A stretch of 64,000 bases of DNA from Candidatus Latescibacterota bacterium (GTDB lineage: Bacteria > Latescibacterota > UBA2968): positions 1,696,001 to 1,760,000 of the forward strand of contig OZ242195.1 in NCBI GenBank assembly GCA_965205975.1, in the 5' to 3' direction. Position 1 is the first letter of the stretch; every line of letters starts with the position of its first letter. The notes below the pieces were generated by a model. The model saw nothing but the letters and a program-made list of their open reading frames with translations. It searched no databases and was not told the origin of the DNA. Made by a program: the position numbers and the translations under genes. This document shows positions 9,929-22,900 of this stretch, piece by piece.

Positions 9929-10249
9929 TTATTCAACTTCGGGAATTTGCTCATCACTTTTTTTTGCAATGCGCACACGCGCTCCGTCTTCAAGGCGTTG
10001 AATGCGAATCCTGGTCCGCTCATCGGTTTGCGGATCGACGATCATGAGATTGGACACATGCAAGGGCGCTTCCTTTTCCACAATGCCGCCTTGCTGATTA
10101 TTGGGATTGGGTCGCGTATGGCGCTTGACATTGTTGATCCCTTCCACCAACACGCGTTTTTTCTTTGGCCATACATTCAAAACGCGCCCGCGTTGACCAG
10201 TATAAACACCGCTTATCACCTCAACTTGATCACCCTTGCGAATCCTCAT
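9929..10249 (-). CDS. rplX: 50S ribosomal protein L24
   Basis: [26 protein letters not shown]. Confidence 0.98.
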   Translation of the reverse strand: MRIRKGDQVEVISGVYTGQRGRVLNVWPKKKRVLVEGINNVKRHTRPNPNNQQGGIVEKEAPLHVSNLMIVDPQTDERTRIRIQRLEDGARVRIAKKSDEQIPEVE

Positions 10250-10272
10250 CTCAACACACTTGCCTTTCTTTT

Positions 10273-10641
10273 TTAAATCACTTCGGGCGCCAAAGATACA
10301 ATGCGCATAAATCGCCTCTCGCGCAACTCGCGAGCGACAGGTCCAAATATGCGCGTCCCTCGAAGTTCGCCTTCCTCGCTAATCAAAACAGCGGCGTTGT
10401 CATCAAATCGAATATAGGACCCATCTGCCCTTCGCGTCTCTTTCTTTGTGCGGACGATCACGGCACGAGTAACATCACCGCGCTTTACACCGCTGTTTGG
10501 CTGTGCATCTTTAACTGAAACCACAACGGTATCACCGAGTTTGGCATACTTGCGTTTGGTGCCTCCTAAAATGCGAAAACACATCACCTTTCGGGCACCT
10601 GTATTATCCGCGCAATTTAATACCGAATATTCCTGGACCAT
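10273..10641 (-). CDS. rplN: 50S ribosomal protein L14
   Basis: [27 protein letters not shown]. Confidence 0.98.
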   Translation of the reverse strand: MVQEYSVLNCADNTGARKVMCFRILGGTKRKYAKLGDTVVVSVKDAQPNSGVKRGDVTRAVIVRTKKETRRADGSYIRFDDNAAVLISEEGELRGTRIFGPVARELRERRFMRIVSLAPEVI

Positions 10642-10652
10642 GTTTTCTCCGT

Positions 10653-10913
10653 CTAATGCGCCTTTTTGATAATTTCCACCAACCGCCAGCGTTTGGTCTT
10701 ACTCAAAGGCCGCGTTTCAACAACCATCACTTCATCACCTGTTCTGGCTTCATTGCTCTCATCATGTACTGCCAATTTTGAACGTCTTTGCATAACTTTT
10801 CCATAAAGGGGGTGTGGCACCTGCCGCCGTACCTCAACGACAATTGTTTTATTAGATTTGTCGCTGACTACCAACCCTACACGTGTTTTGCGATGCCTAC
10901 GAGTTTCCACCAT
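10653..10913 (-). CDS. rpsQ: 30S ribosomal protein S17
   Basis: [22 protein letters not shown]. Confidence 0.98.
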   Translation of the reverse strand: MVETRRHRKTRVGLVVSDKSNKTIVVEVRRQVPHPLYGKVMQRRSKLAVHDESNEARTGDEVMVVETRPLSKTKRWRLVEIIKKAH

Positions 10914-10933
10914 ACAGCGATTCTCCTTAAAAA

Positions 10934-11146
10934 TTACGCATTGGGAAGTTCGCGAATACCCAACTCGTGTTCGCGCAACACGGTTTTTAGCCGAGCGAGA
11001 TCCCTACAAGCATCTCGAAACGCAATTGGATTATCGAGCTGACGCGTAGCCAACTGAATGCGAAGATTTACAAGTTCATCTTCCTGTTCAGCAATTCTTT
11101 CCCTTACATCGCTTGCGGTTAGATCTCGAATTTCATTCGGTTTCAT
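10934..11146 (-). CDS. rpmC: 50S ribosomal protein L29
   Basis: Position plus QLDNP...DLARLKTV. Confidence 0.95.
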   Translation of the reverse strand: MKPNEIRDLTASDVRERIAEQEDELVNLRIQLATRQLDNPIAFRDACRDLARLKTVLREHELGIRELPNA

Positions 11147-11562
11147 TCGTCGTGCCCCCCGCGTTCTACAAAGCGGACTTTAATGGGCAATTTCTGGCCG
11201 GCCAATTTGATTGCGCGTTGCGCGCTTTCGCGTGGCACGCCCTCAATTTCAAACATGATCCGCCCGGGTTTGATGACTGCTACCCAGTATTCGGGATTGC
11301 CTTTGCCTTTTCCCATACGGGTCTCTGCTGGCTTAACCGTAAGGGGTTTATCTGGAAAAACGCGAATCCAAATTTTCCCACCGCGTTTCAATGATTTGGA
11401 AATTGCCACGCGGGCAGCTTCGATCTGTCTGTTGGTAATCCATCCCGGCTCAAGGGCCTGCAAACCGTATTCGCCAAAAGAAATATTAGCCCCTCGAGAG
11501 GACATACCTTTGCGACGGCCCCTCTGCTGCTTTCTCCATTTGACCCGTTTTGGCATTAACAT
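11143..11562 (-). CDS. rplP: 50S ribosomal protein L16
   Basis: [20 protein letters not shown]. Confidence 0.98.
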   Translation of the reverse strand: MLMPKRVKWRKQQRGRRKGMSSRGANISFGEYGLQALEPGWITNRQIEAARVAISKSLKRGGKIWIRVFPDKPLTVKPAETRMGKGKGNPEYWVAVIKPGRIMFEIEGVPRESAQRAIKLAGQKLPIKVRFVERGGHDE

Positions 11563-11584
11563 AATAGCGCTCCTATCCCTACGC

Positions 11585-12235
11585 TTAAGTTGCCAGATGG
11601 GCGTCCTGGCCCATTTTTTCCCCGTGACAGATCCAAACTTTTACCCCTACAGTACCCGAGGTTGTATAAGCAGTAGATCTGGCATAGTCTATGTCAGCGC
11701 GAAGTGTATGGAGTGGAACACGCCCTGCAGGCTCTGATTTTTCAACGCGAGACATTTCCGCTCCACCAAGACGGCCTCCACACACAACTTTAATCCCTTC
11801 AGCCCCCATGCGTACCGCCGAAGCAACGGCTTTTTTCATTGCACGGCGAAATGAGACGCGTTGCTCAAGTTGTCGGGAGATGTTATCGGCGACGAGTTGG
11901 GCGTTGAGTTCCGGTCGCTTAATTTCGTTAATGTTGATATAAATTTCTTTACCTGTCAGATGCTTTAACTCATCTCGCAATTTATCGACCTCTGCACCTT
12001 TACGCCCAATTACAATCCCAGGACGAGCAGTGTGAATCGAAATTGTCACCCGCTTAGGCGCACGCTCAATGTCTATTTGTGCGACGCTTGCTCGCTGCAG
12101 ACGGCTGGTAATATATCGTCTGAGCATGAGGTCTTCTTGAAGCAGGCTGGCAAAATCGCGATTGGCAAACCAGCGCGAGCGCCAATCTTTGACAATCCCT
12201 AACCTCACTCCGATTGGATGCGTTTTCTGGCCCAA
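11585..12235 (-). CDS. rpsC: 30S ribosomal protein S3
   Basis: [30 protein letters not shown]. Confidence 0.98.
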   Translation of the reverse strand: MGQKTHPIGVRLGIVKDWRSRWFANRDFASLLQEDLMLRRYITSRLQRASVAQIDIERAPKRVTISIHTARPGIVIGRKGAEVDKLRDELKHLTGKEIYININEIKRPELNAQLVADNISRQLEQRVSFRRAMKKAVASAVRMGAEGIKVVCGGRLGGAEMSRVEKSEPAGRVPLHTLRADIDYARSTAYTTSGTVGVKVWICHGEKMGQDAHLAT

Positions 12236-12244
12236 AGTGATCTC

Positions 12245-12586
12245 CTATTCCTCATCTGAAACAACCAGCGTTATGTGGCTATATCGCTTGCGAATCATGC
12301 CAGCAGCACCACGTGGCTGAGGACGCAACCGCTTTAAAGCGATACCGCCATCAACAAATGCTTCTTTCACAAAGAGCGCTTCTTCAGCCGCGGATTCTTC
12401 TTCGCGGTTGATCGCATTTGCAACCGCGGATTGCAAGGTGCGCTCTACAATACGCGCGGCCTTCTTAGGTGTAAATTGAAGGATGTGGAAAGCTTCTTCC
12501 ACATCTTTACCCCGCACGAGATCAACCACCTGTCGTACCTTGCGCGGTGAAATTCTTGAATAGCGCAATACCGCCCGAGCTTCCAT
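12245..12586 (-). CDS. rplV: 50S ribosomal protein L22
   Basis: RISPRKVRQV, SAVANA, SHIT. Confidence 0.97.
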   Translation of the reverse strand: MEARAVLRYSRISPRKVRQVVDLVRGKDVEEAFHILQFTPKKAARIVERTLQSAVANAINREEESAAEEALFVKEAFVDGGIALKRLRPQPRGAAGMIRKRYSHITLVVSDEE

Positions 12587-12608
12587 TTAAAATTCCCGTC
12601 TCAAAATA

Positions 12609-12899
12609 TCACTGTAAAGAAGTGGCGCGTTCAGTAGATCGTCCCGCACGCGCGCCCCGATGCGTGCGCGTGGGGGCAAATTCACCGAGTTTGTGTCCCA
12701 CCATGTTTTCTGTAATATAAACGGGGATAAATTTATTTCCATTGTGTACAGCCAGTGTATGGCCAACAAATTCTGGCGCGATTGTCGATCGTCTCGCCCA
12801 TGTCTGAATAACCCGCTTATTACCAGCTTTATTCATCTGCTCGATCTTTTTTATGAGACTCGGCTCAATAAAAGGCCCTTTTTTAATTGACCGTGCCAT
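12609..12899 (-). CDS. rpsS: 30S ribosomal protein S19
   Basis: [23 protein letters not shown]. Confidence 0.98.
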   Translation of the reverse strand: MARSIKKGPFIEPSLIKKIEQMNKAGNKRVIQTWARRSTIAPEFVGHTLAVHNGNKFIPVYITENMVGHKLGEFAPTRTHRGARAGRSTERATSLQ

Positions 12900-12915
12900 A
12901 AAATAATACTCCTGA

Positions 12916-13740
12916 TTACTTGCGCCGCTGAATGATCATTTGGTCAGATTTGTTTTTCTTTTTGCGCGTTTTATATCCTTTTGTGGGTTGCCCCCAAGGC
13001 GTCACCGGATGCCTGCCGCCTGTTGCCCGACCTTCTCCACCACCGTGAGGATGATCAATTGGGTTCATAGCAACACCACGCACTTTTGGACGTTTGCCCA
13101 ACCAGCGAGTCCGTCCCGCTTTTCCGACAACGACATTTTCATGCTCTAAATTGCCGACCTGCCCAATGGTCGCGTAACACGATATCAAGACCTGCCGACG
13201 CTCGCCAGAAGGCAGACGAAGAGTTGCAAAATTGCCTTCTTTAGCCATCACCTGAATTTCAGCACCTGCTGAGCGACCAATTTGTCCGCCTTTTCCTGGC
13301 TTGAGTTCTACATTGTGCACATTGCTACCCAAAGGAATATTCGCCAGGGGAAGCGCGTTGCCGGGGCGAATCTCTGCATCTGCACCAGATGCGACCTCAT
13401 CGCCAACACTTAAGCCAATTGGTGCCAAAATATAGCGTTTTTCACCATCGACATAATGCAAAAGTGCAATGCGTGCCGATCGATTTGGATCGTACTCAAT
13501 GCTATGCACAATTGCAGGCACACCGACTTTATCGCGCTTGAAATCAATTCGGCGATACTGGCGCCGATGCCCACCACCGCGACGACGGCTCGTGATACGC
13601 CCCCGATTATTGCGTCCCCCAGATTTTTTATTGGGTTCAACAAGTGATTTCTCAGGTGTATTTTTGGTAATTTCTTCAAAAGAAGAGACTGTCTTAAATC
13701 GCAACGAAGGCGTTAATGGGCGAAACTTTTTGACCGGCAT
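12916..13740 (-). CDS. rplB: 50S ribosomal protein L2
   Basis: [30 protein letters not shown]. Confidence 0.98.
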   Translation of the reverse strand: MPVKKFRPLTPSLRFKTVSSFEEITKNTPEKSLVEPNKKSGGRNNRGRITSRRRGGGHRRQYRRIDFKRDKVGVPAIVHSIEYDPNRSARIALLHYVDGEKRYILAPIGLSVGDEVASGADAEIRPGNALPLANIPLGSNVHNVELKPGKGGQIGRSAGAEIQVMAKEGNFATLRLPSGERRQVLISCYATIGQVGNLEHENVVVGKAGRTRWLGKRPKVRGVAMNPIDHPHGGGEGRATGGRHPVTPWGQPTKGYKTRKKKNKSDQMIIQRRK

Positions 13741-13745
13741 GAGAT

Positions 13746-14033
13746 TTATCCTTCAAAGAAGTCGATGCTGTATCCATCGGCAAGGGTGACAACGGCCTTT
13801 TTCCAGTTGGAACGACGGCCCTGAAACCGTCCAAGTCGTTTGATCTTACCGTGCACTGTGCTCGTATTGACCTTTACGACCTCGACCTCAAACATAGCTT
13901 CAACCGCACGCTGAATATCGACTTTGTTTGCACCGCGGAGAACTTCAAATACATATTTATTCTGGCTTTCTTGCAAATTAGAAGCCCGCTCTGTAATAAC
14001 GGGACGCCGAATAATCTGCATAGAATTTTTCAC
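13746..14033 (-). CDS. rplW: 50S ribosomal protein L23
   Basis: [23 protein letters not shown] overlap with the rplD stop. Confidence 0.96.
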   Translation of the reverse strand: MKNSMQIIRRPVITERASNLQESQNKYVFEVLRGANKVDIQRAVEAMFEVEVVKVNTSTVHGKIKRLGRFQGRRSNWKKAVVTLADGYSIDFFEG

Positions 14034-14662
14034 GAGGCCCCCCACAGAGTACGAATGCGAGAAACTGCACCGCAAGTGAGAACCAGAACATCGGCATTGA
14101 CCACATCATAAGTGGAAACTTGCGAAACAGGTAATACGGAAAGTCTGGGGATATTCCGACAAGATTTGACGATATTTTCAGCAACATCATCTGTCAAGAG
14201 CAATATCTTTTGTCCCTGAATTTCAAATATTTGTGTCATTTGTGCCATTCGCTTTGTTTTGGGCTCCTCAAGCTCAAAATCTTCCAGAACAGATATAGCT
14301 TTGCCGAGTGCTTTTTGCGAAAATGCCGAGCGTATAGCCAATTTTTTGACTTTCCTGGGCACCCGTTCCCGAAAATATCTCGGTCTGGGGCCATGGGCTA
14401 CCCCACCGCCGATCAGAATAGGCGACCCAGCCGTTCCCTTACGGGCACGACCAGTACCTTTTTGTCGGTACATCTTACGTTTTGTCCGATTGACTTCTGA
14501 GCGGGTTTTGGTCGAGGCATTGCCTTGCCGCTGATTGGTCAAATACGCTTTAACAACATAATAGATTGCGTCAGCCGATGGTTCAATTCCAAAAACTGTT
14601 TCGGGTAGCTCCATCGAGCCAACTTCTTCACCTTCAAGATTGCAAACATCAACAGATGCCAT
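14030..14662 (-). CDS. rplD: 50S ribosomal protein L4
   Basis: RQGNASTKTRSEV, RQKGTGRAR, GGGVAHGPRPR. Confidence 0.98.
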   Translation of the reverse strand: MASVDVCNLEGEEVGSMELPETVFGIEPSADAIYYVVKAYLTNQRQGNASTKTRSEVNRTKRKMYRQKGTGRARKGTAGSPILIGGGVAHGPRPRYFRERVPRKVKKLAIRSAFSQKALGKAISVLEDFELEEPKTKRMAQMTQIFEIQGQKILLLTDDVAENIVKSCRNIPRLSVLPVSQVSTYDVVNADVLVLTCGAVSRIRTLWGAS

Positions 14663-14679
14663 AATAGCCTTACCTCAAA

Positions 14680-15303
14680 TCAGCTGCGTTTCTCAATAAC
14701 AACCTTAGCTCCCTTACCGCCTGGCACGGCACCTTTTAAGAGGAGCAAATTTTGATCGGTATCTACACTCACGACCTTTAAGCCCCGAACAGTTACCCGC
14801 TCGTCACCCATATGGCCTGCCATGCGCATCCCCTTAAACACCCGTGAAGGATTTGAGCTTTGACCTATTGAACCAGGCGCGCGATGCCGATCTGATTGTC
14901 CATGGGTTTTGGGGCCGCCTCTGAATCCGTGCCGCTTGACACCGCCCTGGAATCCACGACCTTTTGATCGGGCAGTAACATCGACTACCTCGCCTGCCTC
15001 AAACATGCTGACATTGAGTGTCTCGCCTATAGCATATTCGGAGACATCATCAACGCGAAATTCTGCAAGACCTCGATGGGGATTAACACCAGCCTTCTTG
15101 AAAACCCCCTGATCCGCGCGGTTTAGCCGATTGGACCGAATCTCATCATACCCAATTCTCAAAGCCAAATACCCATCCGATTCCCTATTTTTAATCTGAA
15201 CAATAGGGCACGGAACAACTTCGAAAACTGTGACAGGCACCAGCATTTCTGCGTCATCAAATGCCTGAGTCATACCGATTTTTTTTCCAATCAATCCCAG
15301 CAC
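14680..15303 (-). CDS. rplC: 50S ribosomal protein L3
   Basis: GKKIGMTQ, SKGRGFQG, HRAPGSIG, MAGHMG. Confidence 0.98.
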   Translation of the reverse strand: MLGLIGKKIGMTQAFDDAEMLVPVTVFEVVPCPIVQIKNRESDGYLALRIGYDEIRSNRLNRADQGVFKKAGVNPHRGLAEFRVDDVSEYAIGETLNVSMFEAGEVVDVTARSKGRGFQGGVKRHGFRGGPKTHGQSDRHRAPGSIGQSSNPSRVFKGMRMAGHMGDERVTVRGLKVVSVDTDQNLLLLKGAVPGGKGAKVVIEKRS

Positions 15304-15305
15304 GA

Positions 15306-15614
15306 TTACACCTTGATTTCAATATCGATACCCGCAGGTAGATCCAGTTTCATCAGGGCATCTACCGTTTGGGGTGTTGAGTTGTGAATGTCGATAAGGC
15401 GCTTGTGTACGCGCATTTCAAACTGCTCACGCGCTTTTTTATCGACATGTGGAGATCGCAATACCGTATAGAGCGAACGCCTCGTCGGCAGTGGAATGGG
15501 GCCCGATATAAGCGCCCCAGTCCGTTTTGCTGTCCGAACAATTTCTTCAGCGGAACGATCCAGTGCATTGTGGTTGTATGCTTTTAGTCTAATTCTAATT
15601 TTTTGTGCAGGCAC
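15306..15614 (-). CDS. rpsJ: 30S ribosomal protein S10
   Basis: [22 protein letters not shown]. Confidence 0.98.
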   Translation of the reverse strand: MPAQKIRIRLKAYNHNALDRSAEEIVRTAKRTGALISGPIPLPTRRSLYTVLRSPHVDKKAREQFEMRVHKRLIDIHNSTPQTVDALMKLDLPAGIDIEIKV

Positions 15615-15634
15615 AAGGCTTCCCTTTGCGGTTC

Positions 15635-16828
15635 TTATTCAACAATCTCAGTAATCACACCCGAACCAATGGTTCGACCACCTTCCCGCACGGCAAATCG
15701 CAGTTCGGTTTCCATAGCGATTGGCGTAAGCAATTCCACAGACATAGTCACATTATCGCCGGGCATCACCATTTCTACGCCTTCGGGCAACTCTACCTTG
15801 CCAGTCACATCTGTTGTGCGAAAATAGAACTGGGGTTGATAACCCGTAAAGAAAGGTTTACTCCGCCCCCCCTCTTTGTCTGTCAGCACATAAACTTCGC
15901 CTTTAAACTTTTTGTGAGGTGTCACTGAGCCTGGCTTGGCAACCACCATGCCGCGTTCAATTTCATCTTTGTCAACACCGCGAAGCAACAAACCGACATT
16001 GTCACCAGCCCTGCCCTCATCGAGCAATTTGCGGAACATTTCCACACCAGTAACTGTTGTTCTGCGACTCTCGCGAATGCCCACAATCTCAACTTCTTCA
16101 CCGACATTGACTATGCCGCGTTCTATACGCCCAGTACCTACAGTACCTCGCCCAGTAATCGTAAACACATCCTCAACCGGCATCAAAAATTCTTTGTCAA
16201 TCTCGCGCACAGGCTCTGGAATATTTTCATCTACTGCTTCCATCAGTTCCCAGATACAGGCACAATCTTCGGAATCGGGATCGTCAGACTCTAAAGCTTT
16301 AAGAGCAGATCCTTGAATCACTGGCACATCATCACCGGGAAAATCGTATTGATCCAGCAACTCGCGGACTTCCAGATCGACCAGTTCGAGCAATTCTTCA
16401 TCATCGACCATATCGACTTTATTCATAAATACCACGATAGAAGGCACATTAACCTGACGTGAAAGCAGAATATGCTCACGAGTCTGAATCATGGGACCAT
16501 CTGCAGCACTAACGACCAGAATCGCGCCATCCATCTGCGCGGCCCCCGTGATCATGTTCTTCACATAGTCAGCATGCCCGGGGCAATCTACGTGGGCATA
16601 GTGCCGGTTTTCTGTCTGGTACTCAACATGCGCCGTATTAATGGTGATTCCACGCTCTTTTTCTTCGGGTGCTTTGTCAATGTCGTCAAAGGGCATAAAA
16701 TCGGCAAGACCCTTGGCTGCCAGCGTCTTGGTAATAGCGGCAGTCAGTGTGGTTTTGCCGTGATCGACATGCCCAATTGTGCCGATGTTGACATGGGGTT
16801 TGTCCCGTTCAAATTTTTCCTTCGCCAT
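15635..16828 (-). CDS. tuf: Elongation factor Tu
   Basis: [25 protein letters not shown]. Confidence 0.99.
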   Translation of the reverse strand: MAKEKFERDKPHVNIGTIGHVDHGKTTLTAAITKTLAAKGLADFMPFDDIDKAPEEKERGITINTAHVEYQTENRHYAHVDCPGHADYVKNMITGAAQMDGAILVVSAADGPMIQTREHILLSRQVNVPSIVVFMNKVDMVDDEELLELVDLEVRELLDQYDFPGDDVPVIQGSALKALESDDPDSEDCACIWELMEAVDENIPEPVREIDKEFLMPVEDVFTITGRGTVGTGRIERGIVNVGEEVEIVGIRESRRTTVTGVEMFRKLLDEGRAGDNVGLLLRGVDKDEIERGMVVAKPGSVTPHKKFKGEVYVLTDKEGGRSKPFFTGYQPQFYFRTTDVTGKVELPEGVEMVMPGDNVTMSVELLTPIAMETELRFAVREGGRTIGSGVITEIVE

Positions 16829-16874
16829 ATTTTCCTCCTAAAAAGATCGAACGAAAGTAAAAAAACGCGTTCGC

Positions 16875-18968
16875 TTAAGTTGCAAATACATTGACTGAAG
16901 AGAGAATGTCTTCAGCGATGCTCTGCGGCATTTCCTCAAATTTGGAAAATTCCATTGAATAAATCGCGCGGCCCTGTGTAATAGACCGCAACTTTGTTGC
17001 ATAACCAAACATTTCACTCAGTGGCACAGTAGCTGATATGACCTGTGCATCGGGGCGGTTGACAATGCCTACAATATGCCCTCGACGCGCATTCAAGTCA
17101 CCCATAACATCGCCCATATAGTCTTCGGGTACAACAACTTCCACATCAAAAACAGGTTCCATAAGATAAGTTTTAGCCCTTCTGGCAGCCTCTTGAAAAG
17201 CTATTGAACCTGCAATCTTAAAGGCTATTTCAGAAGAATCAACATCGTGGTAGGAACCGTCAAACAACTCGACTTTGACGTCATCTATTGGATATCCCGC
17301 TAAGACTCCTCCTGTCATCGCTTCCTGAATTCCCGCACGTACGGCAGGAATATATTCAGACGGAATTGCACCACCTGTAATTTTGTTTTCAAAAACAAGT
17401 CCCTTACCAGACTCACCGGGTTCCAGATTGATAACAACATGACCGTATTGACCACGACCACCACTTTGGCGGACAAAGCGCCCGTGAATATTTTGAACAG
17501 CGTTACGGATGGCCTCTTTGTAAGTGACCTGTGGTTTGCCAACATTGGCCTCAACCCTGAATTCGCGTTTGAGGCGATCTACAATGATCTCCAGATGCAA
17601 TTCACCCATTCCCGAAATAATGGTCTGTCCGGTGTCGGGATCAACAACTACGTGAAAAGTCGGGTCTTCTTCGGTCAACTTGCTCAATGCGACGCCAAGC
17701 TGATCCTGATCAGCCTTGGTTTTTGGCTCAATTGCCACAGAAATTACGGGCTTGGCAAACTCCATTGCTTCCAGTATCACAGGCTCTTTTTCATCGCACA
17801 GCGTCTCTCCTGTTGCCGTGTCTTTTAGCCCAACAACGGCTGCGATATCACCCGCGAACACCGCATCAATCTCTTCCCTCTTATCTGCGTGCATTTGCAA
17901 CATACGTCCGATGCGCTCGCGTTTGCCCTTGTTGGCATTGAGAACATAAGAACCTTTATTTAGCTGACCTGAATATACGCGGAAGTAAGTCAACCGCCCA
18001 ACATAAGGATCTGTCATCACCTTAAAAGCCAAAGCCGCAAAAGGTACTTCGTCGGAAACCGGACGAGAAACCCCAATGTCGAAATTTTTGAGATCGTGTC
18101 CCACAATTTCAGGCACATCATGAGGCGAGGGCAAATATGCGACAATAGCATCTAACAAACGCTGCACACCTTTATTCTTAAAAGCCGACCCACAAAGCAC
18201 AGGCACAGCAGCACTGTTGATTACAGCCTGACGCAAAGCAGATCTAATCTCATCTTCGCTGATATCTTCACCTTCGAGAAATTTTTCCATCAAGGTATCG
18301 TCAAAATCTGATACAGCTTCCAGCAATTGCTCGCGGCCTTCATAGGCGCGTTCTGCCAGATCGTTTGGAATACTACCTTCCGTAAACTTGGTGCCTAAAG
18401 AATCATCCTCGTATGTCACGAGTTTCATCCTGATCAAATCAATCAAGCCCGTAAACATCTCCCCAGCCCCCACAGGCAACTGAACGGGAACAAAATTGGA
18501 CGCCAACCTTTCACGCATCATTTCTACTACGCGGTCAAAATCGGCACCCGTGCGATCCATTTTGTTGATAAATGCAATCCGAGGGACGGAATATTTATCA
18601 GCCTGACGCCAAACAGTTTCCGATTGGGGTTCAACACCTCCAACCGCGCAAAACAGCCCTACAGCACCATCTAAAACGCGCAATGACCGTTCGACTTCGG
18701 CAGTAAAATCAACATGCCCCGGCGTATCGATAATATTGATGCGATGGTCATCCCAAAAACACGTCGTAGCCGCCGACGTAATGGTAATGCCACGCTCGCG
18801 CTCTTGAGCCATCCAGTCCATGGTGGCTGCACCATCGTGCACCTCACCCATTCTGCGCAAAATGCCCGTATAATAGAGAATGCGCTCAGTTGTGGTGGTT
18901 TTGCCTGCGTCGATATGCGCCATAATTCCGATATTTCGGGTGCGCTCTAAGTCGTATTTTTTTGCCAT
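16875..18968 (-). CDS. fusA: Elongation factor G
   Basis: [24 protein letters not shown]. Confidence 0.99.
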   Translation of the reverse strand: MAKKYDLERTRNIGIMAHIDAGKTTTTERILYYTGILRRMGEVHDGAATMDWMAQERERGITITSAATTCFWDDHRINIIDTPGHVDFTAEVERSLRVLDGAVGLFCAVGGVEPQSETVWRQADKYSVPRIAFINKMDRTGADFDRVVEMMRERLASNFVPVQLPVGAGEMFTGLIDLIRMKLVTYEDDSLGTKFTEGSIPNDLAERAYEGREQLLEAVSDFDDTLMEKFLEGEDISEDEIRSALRQAVINSAAVPVLCGSAFKNKGVQRLLDAIVAYLPSPHDVPEIVGHDLKNFDIGVSRPVSDEVPFAALAFKVMTDPYVGRLTYFRVYSGQLNKGSYVLNANKGKRERIGRMLQMHADKREEIDAVFAGDIAAVVGLKDTATGETLCDEKEPVILEAMEFAKPVISVAIEPKTKADQDQLGVALSKLTEEDPTFHVVVDPDTGQTIISGMGELHLEIIVDRLKREFRVEANVGKPQVTYKEAIRNAVQNIHGRFVRQSGGRGQYGHVVINLEPGESGKGLVFENKITGGAIPSEYIPAVRAGIQEAMTGGVLAGYPIDDVKVELFDGSYHDVDSSEIAFKIAGSIAFQEAARRAKTYLMEPVFDVEVVVPEDYMGDVMGDLNARRGHIVGIVNRPDAQVISATVPLSEMFGYATKLRSITQGRAIYSMEFSKFEEMPQSIAEDILSSVNVFAT

Positions 18969-18977
18969 CTTATTCAC

Positions 18978-19445
18978 TTACCAGCGATAATGCGCAAATG
19001 CGCGATTAGCTTCTGCCATGCGATGCGTTTCTTCTCGTCGCTGCATTGCACGTCCTTGTCCGTTTGCTGCATCCATAAATTCACCGGCCAAACGCTGAGC
19101 CATCGTCTTTTCGCTCCGTTCTCTAGCAAATAAAATCAACCAGCGAATAGACAGCGCAAGACGTTCATCGGGACGGACTTCTTCTGGCACTTGGTAAGTC
19201 GCACCACCGACGCGGCGCGACCTCACCTTGACAACCGGTTTGACATTGTCAAGTGCTTTTTCAAAAGTCTCTAAACCGGAATTTCCACTTCGCGCTTCAA
19301 CCAGATCAAGCGCTTCGTAAAAAATTCGTTCCCCGACACTCTTTTTACCCTTGCGAAACAAGCAGTTGACAAAACGCGTCACCAACAGACTGCTGTATTT
19401 GGGATCTGAAGCCAGATGTCGTTTTTCCGCTCGCCGTTTTCGCAT
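18978..19445 (-). CDS. rpsG: 30S ribosomal protein S7
   Basis: [26 protein letters not shown]. Confidence 0.98.
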   Translation of the reverse strand: MRKRRAEKRHLASDPKYSSLLVTRFVNCLFRKGKKSVGERIFYEALDLVEARSGNSGLETFEKALDNVKPVVKVRSRRVGGATYQVPEEVRPDERLALSIRWLILFARERSEKTMAQRLAGEFMDAANGQGRAMQRREETHRMAEANRAFAHYRW

Positions 19446-19529
19446 ATCGGGATATACCTTCTTTACAATAAGGGGGATACACCACCAAGGTGGTATCCCC
19501 CATGTTTATCGAATAATAGGCACTTGGGA

Positions 19530-19901
19530 TTAACTCGCTTTTTTTGTGCCGTATTTGGAACGACCCTGTTTGCGGTCTTCCACACCAGTTGTGTCGAGTA
19601 CGCCCCGAAGAATGTGATACCTAACCGAAGGAAGATCCTTGACGCGACCACCTCGGATGAGTACCACGGAGTGCTCCATGAGATTGTGTCCTTCACCTGG
19701 AATATAGGCTGTTACTTCAAGACCATTCGTCAACCTGACACGCGCTACTTTGCGCAGAGCTGAATTGGGCTTTTTGGGCGTTGTGGTATAGACACGTGTA
19801 CAAACACCGCGTTTTTGAGGACAGGCTCTCAGAGCGGGTGCAGAAGAACGCTTGCGCTTGGCTTTCCGCCCCTTCCGAACCAGTTGATTAATTGTGGGCA
19901 A
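19530..19901 (-). CDS. rpsL: 30S ribosomal protein S12
   Basis: [23 protein letters not shown] start after GGAGG. Confidence 0.98.
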   Translation of the reverse strand: MPTINQLVRKGRKAKRKRSSAPALRACPQKRGVCTRVYTTTPKKPNSALRKVARVRLTNGLEVTAYIPGEGHNLMEHSVVLIRGGRVKDLPSVRYHILRGVLDTTGVEDRKQGRSKYGTKKAS

Positions 19902-19955
19902 CTCAACCTCCTTAATTATGGGAGACTTGTAATATACCTGGTACAATGATAGCTG

Positions 19956-22900
19956 TCAAGCATTAATTGGAGGTAAACCAATGCTTTCAGTGCTCTCTTC
20001 TGCGAGGGCTTCAAAGACCTGCGATTCTTCCACCACATCTGTATCCAAATCGCGATATTTCAAAGCACCTGTACCGGCGGGAATGAGGTGCCCGATGATC
20101 ACATTTTCCTTTAATCCCAACAGCGCGTCAACTTTACCCTGTACTGCTGCTTCGGTAAGCACGCGGGTAGTTTCCTGGAAAGACGCTGCCGAAATGAAAC
20201 TCTCGGTCAAAAGAGAGGCTCGGGTAATCCCCAACAAGACGGGATTGTTAGTTGCGGGATCGCCCCCTTCAGCGAGGACCTTTTCATTTTCCTCGAGGAA
20301 GCGGAACCGGTCAACGAGTTCGTCTTCGAGAAAATTGGTATCTCCAGGATCTGTCACCTGCACTTTCTGCAACATCTGTCGGACTATGGTTTCAATATGC
20401 TTGTCATTGATTTTCACACCCTGGAGCCGATAAACCTGCTGAATTTCGTCAAGGAGATATTCTTGAACTTTCCGGTCTCCCAGAATAGCCAGAATATCGT
20501 GTGGATTTACCGACCCCTCAGAGAGACGGTCACCAGCGGTCACATGATCACCTTCTTGCACGCGCAGATGTCGTCCGTAGGGAATGGTGTATTTTTTTTC
20601 TTCGCCCTCATCCGCCGTGACCAGGACAACACGCGAGCCTCTCACCATACCACCAAAACGCACCGAGCCGTTGATTTCTGTTACCACAGAAGCCTCTTTG
20701 GGGCGACGCGCCTCAAAAAGCTCAGCAACACGCGGCAAACCACCTGTAATATCTCGTGTTTTGCTGCGTTCTCGCGAAATTTTAGCCAGTGTATCGCCAG
20801 CTTCTACTCGATCGCCATCGCGCACCACCAGACGCGCTCCGAGAGGAATGATATAATGGCCCAGTTCTTCGCCATCTTCATCAACAACCAGAATGTGCGG
20901 AGATAAGGTGCGATCCCGGTGCTCAATCACGACCAGTCCAGCAATGCTGGTGGTTTCATCAATCTCTTCGCGATATGTCATCCCTTCTACGAGATCCACA
21001 AACTGAACCCTACCAGCTTTGGGCGATACAATCACATTATTATAGGGGTCCCATTCGTAGAGTGCCTGGTCCTCTTCCACATTTTGCCCCTCCCGCACGC
21101 GCAACACGGCTCCATGCGGGACATGGTAGTGCCCCCCTCTTACACGCCCCTGATCATCCTGTACTTCGATCTCACCATTCCGCCCGACCACAACCCACGA
21201 ATTTTCATCGCGCTGGACAGACTCGAGATGCTTAAAGATGACTTTTCCCGCACGCTTTGCACCAATCTCAGCCTGCTCGGCAATGCGGTTGGTAGTACCA
21301 CCAATATGAAAAGTGCGCAATGTCAGTTGCGTTCCCGGTTCACCCACACTCTGGGCAGCGATAACACCCACAGCCTCTCCGATATCAACAGGTAGTCCGG
21401 TGGCGGGATTGCGACCATAACAGGCCATACAGACCCCTCGCCGAGTTTCACACGTCAGTACGGACCGCACCCAGACGCCTTCAATACCTGCATCGGCAAT
21501 TTTGTCAGCCAATTCTTCATCCAATAAAACGCCTGCGTCAACAATGCGGTCACCTGTAATGGGGTCTTCCACATCCTCTAGCACTGTGCGTCCTACAATG
21601 CGGTCAGACAGCGATTCAACAACTTCTTCTCCTTCTTTCAAAGCTTCCATTTCAATGCCTAATATCGTTCCGCAATCGGCTTCAGAAATAACCACATCTT
21701 GCGACACATCCACCATGCGACGCGTCAAGTATCCCGCTTCAGCGGTCTTCAAGGCCGTATCGGCCAGACCCTTGCGACTACCGTGCGTCGAAATAAAATA
21801 CTCAAGCACGCTCAGACCTTCTTTAAGCGACGAAATAATAGGTGTTTCAATAATTTCGCCAATCGCTCCCGTCAATTTCTTTTGCGGTTTATTCATCAGC
21901 CCGCGCATACCACCGAGTTGCTTGATCTGATCGTCGTTGCCTCGCGCGCCTGAATCCTTCATAATCCAGATCGAATTGAAGCCATTTTCAGCTTTTTCAA
22001 ATGCACCAATCATGGCCTGGGCAATGTGATTAGTCGTATGCTGCCACACATCAATCACTTTGTTGTAGCGTTCGCCCTCAGTAATAGCCCCGATCGCGTG
22101 TTGTTCAATAATTTTTTCTACTTCGTCCATAGCACCGGTAATCAACTCTTCCTTTTCAGGAGGCACGACCACATCGCTCACCGCAATCGAAATACCCGAA
22201 CGCGTCGCATAATCGTATCCCAATTTCTTTAAGCCATCGAGAAAATTTGTCGTAATGCGGTTGCCATACCGACTGTGGACTTCAGAAGAAACTTTGCGGA
22301 TACCTTTGTCATCGATCAACTCATTGATAAAGGGCATCGTTTCAGGGATAATTTCATTAAAAATGACGCGCCCAACTGTAGTTATCAAAAGTTTGCCATC
22401 AATGCGAACGCGCACGGCTTCGTGCAAGCCAATGCGTTCAAAATCATACGCCATGCGAGCTTCACCGGTACTGCTAAAGGTTTTGAGGTCCTCTTCCTTA
22501 CCGTGAACAATTTTTGTCAGATAATACAGGCCCAATGCTATTTCCTGGGGTTTATCGACCACAACAGGAGACCCGTCGGCGGGTTTGAGCAAATTGTTTG
22601 AAGACAGCATCAATACTCGCGCTTCAATCTGGGCCTCAAAAGAAAGTGGCAGATGCACGGCCATTTGATCACCGTCAAAATCGGCATTAAAGGCCGCACA
22701 GACCAGAGGATGAATGCGAATGGCTTTGCCTTCCACGAGCACGGGTAAAAACGCCTGAATCCCCAGGCGATGCAATGTCGGGGCGCGATTGAGTAAAACG
22801 CAGTGATCCTGGATAATTTCTTCGAGAATATCCCATACTTCGACGCGTTCGCGTTCGACCAATTTCTTTGCACTTTTAACGGTTTGCACAAGCCCCTTTT

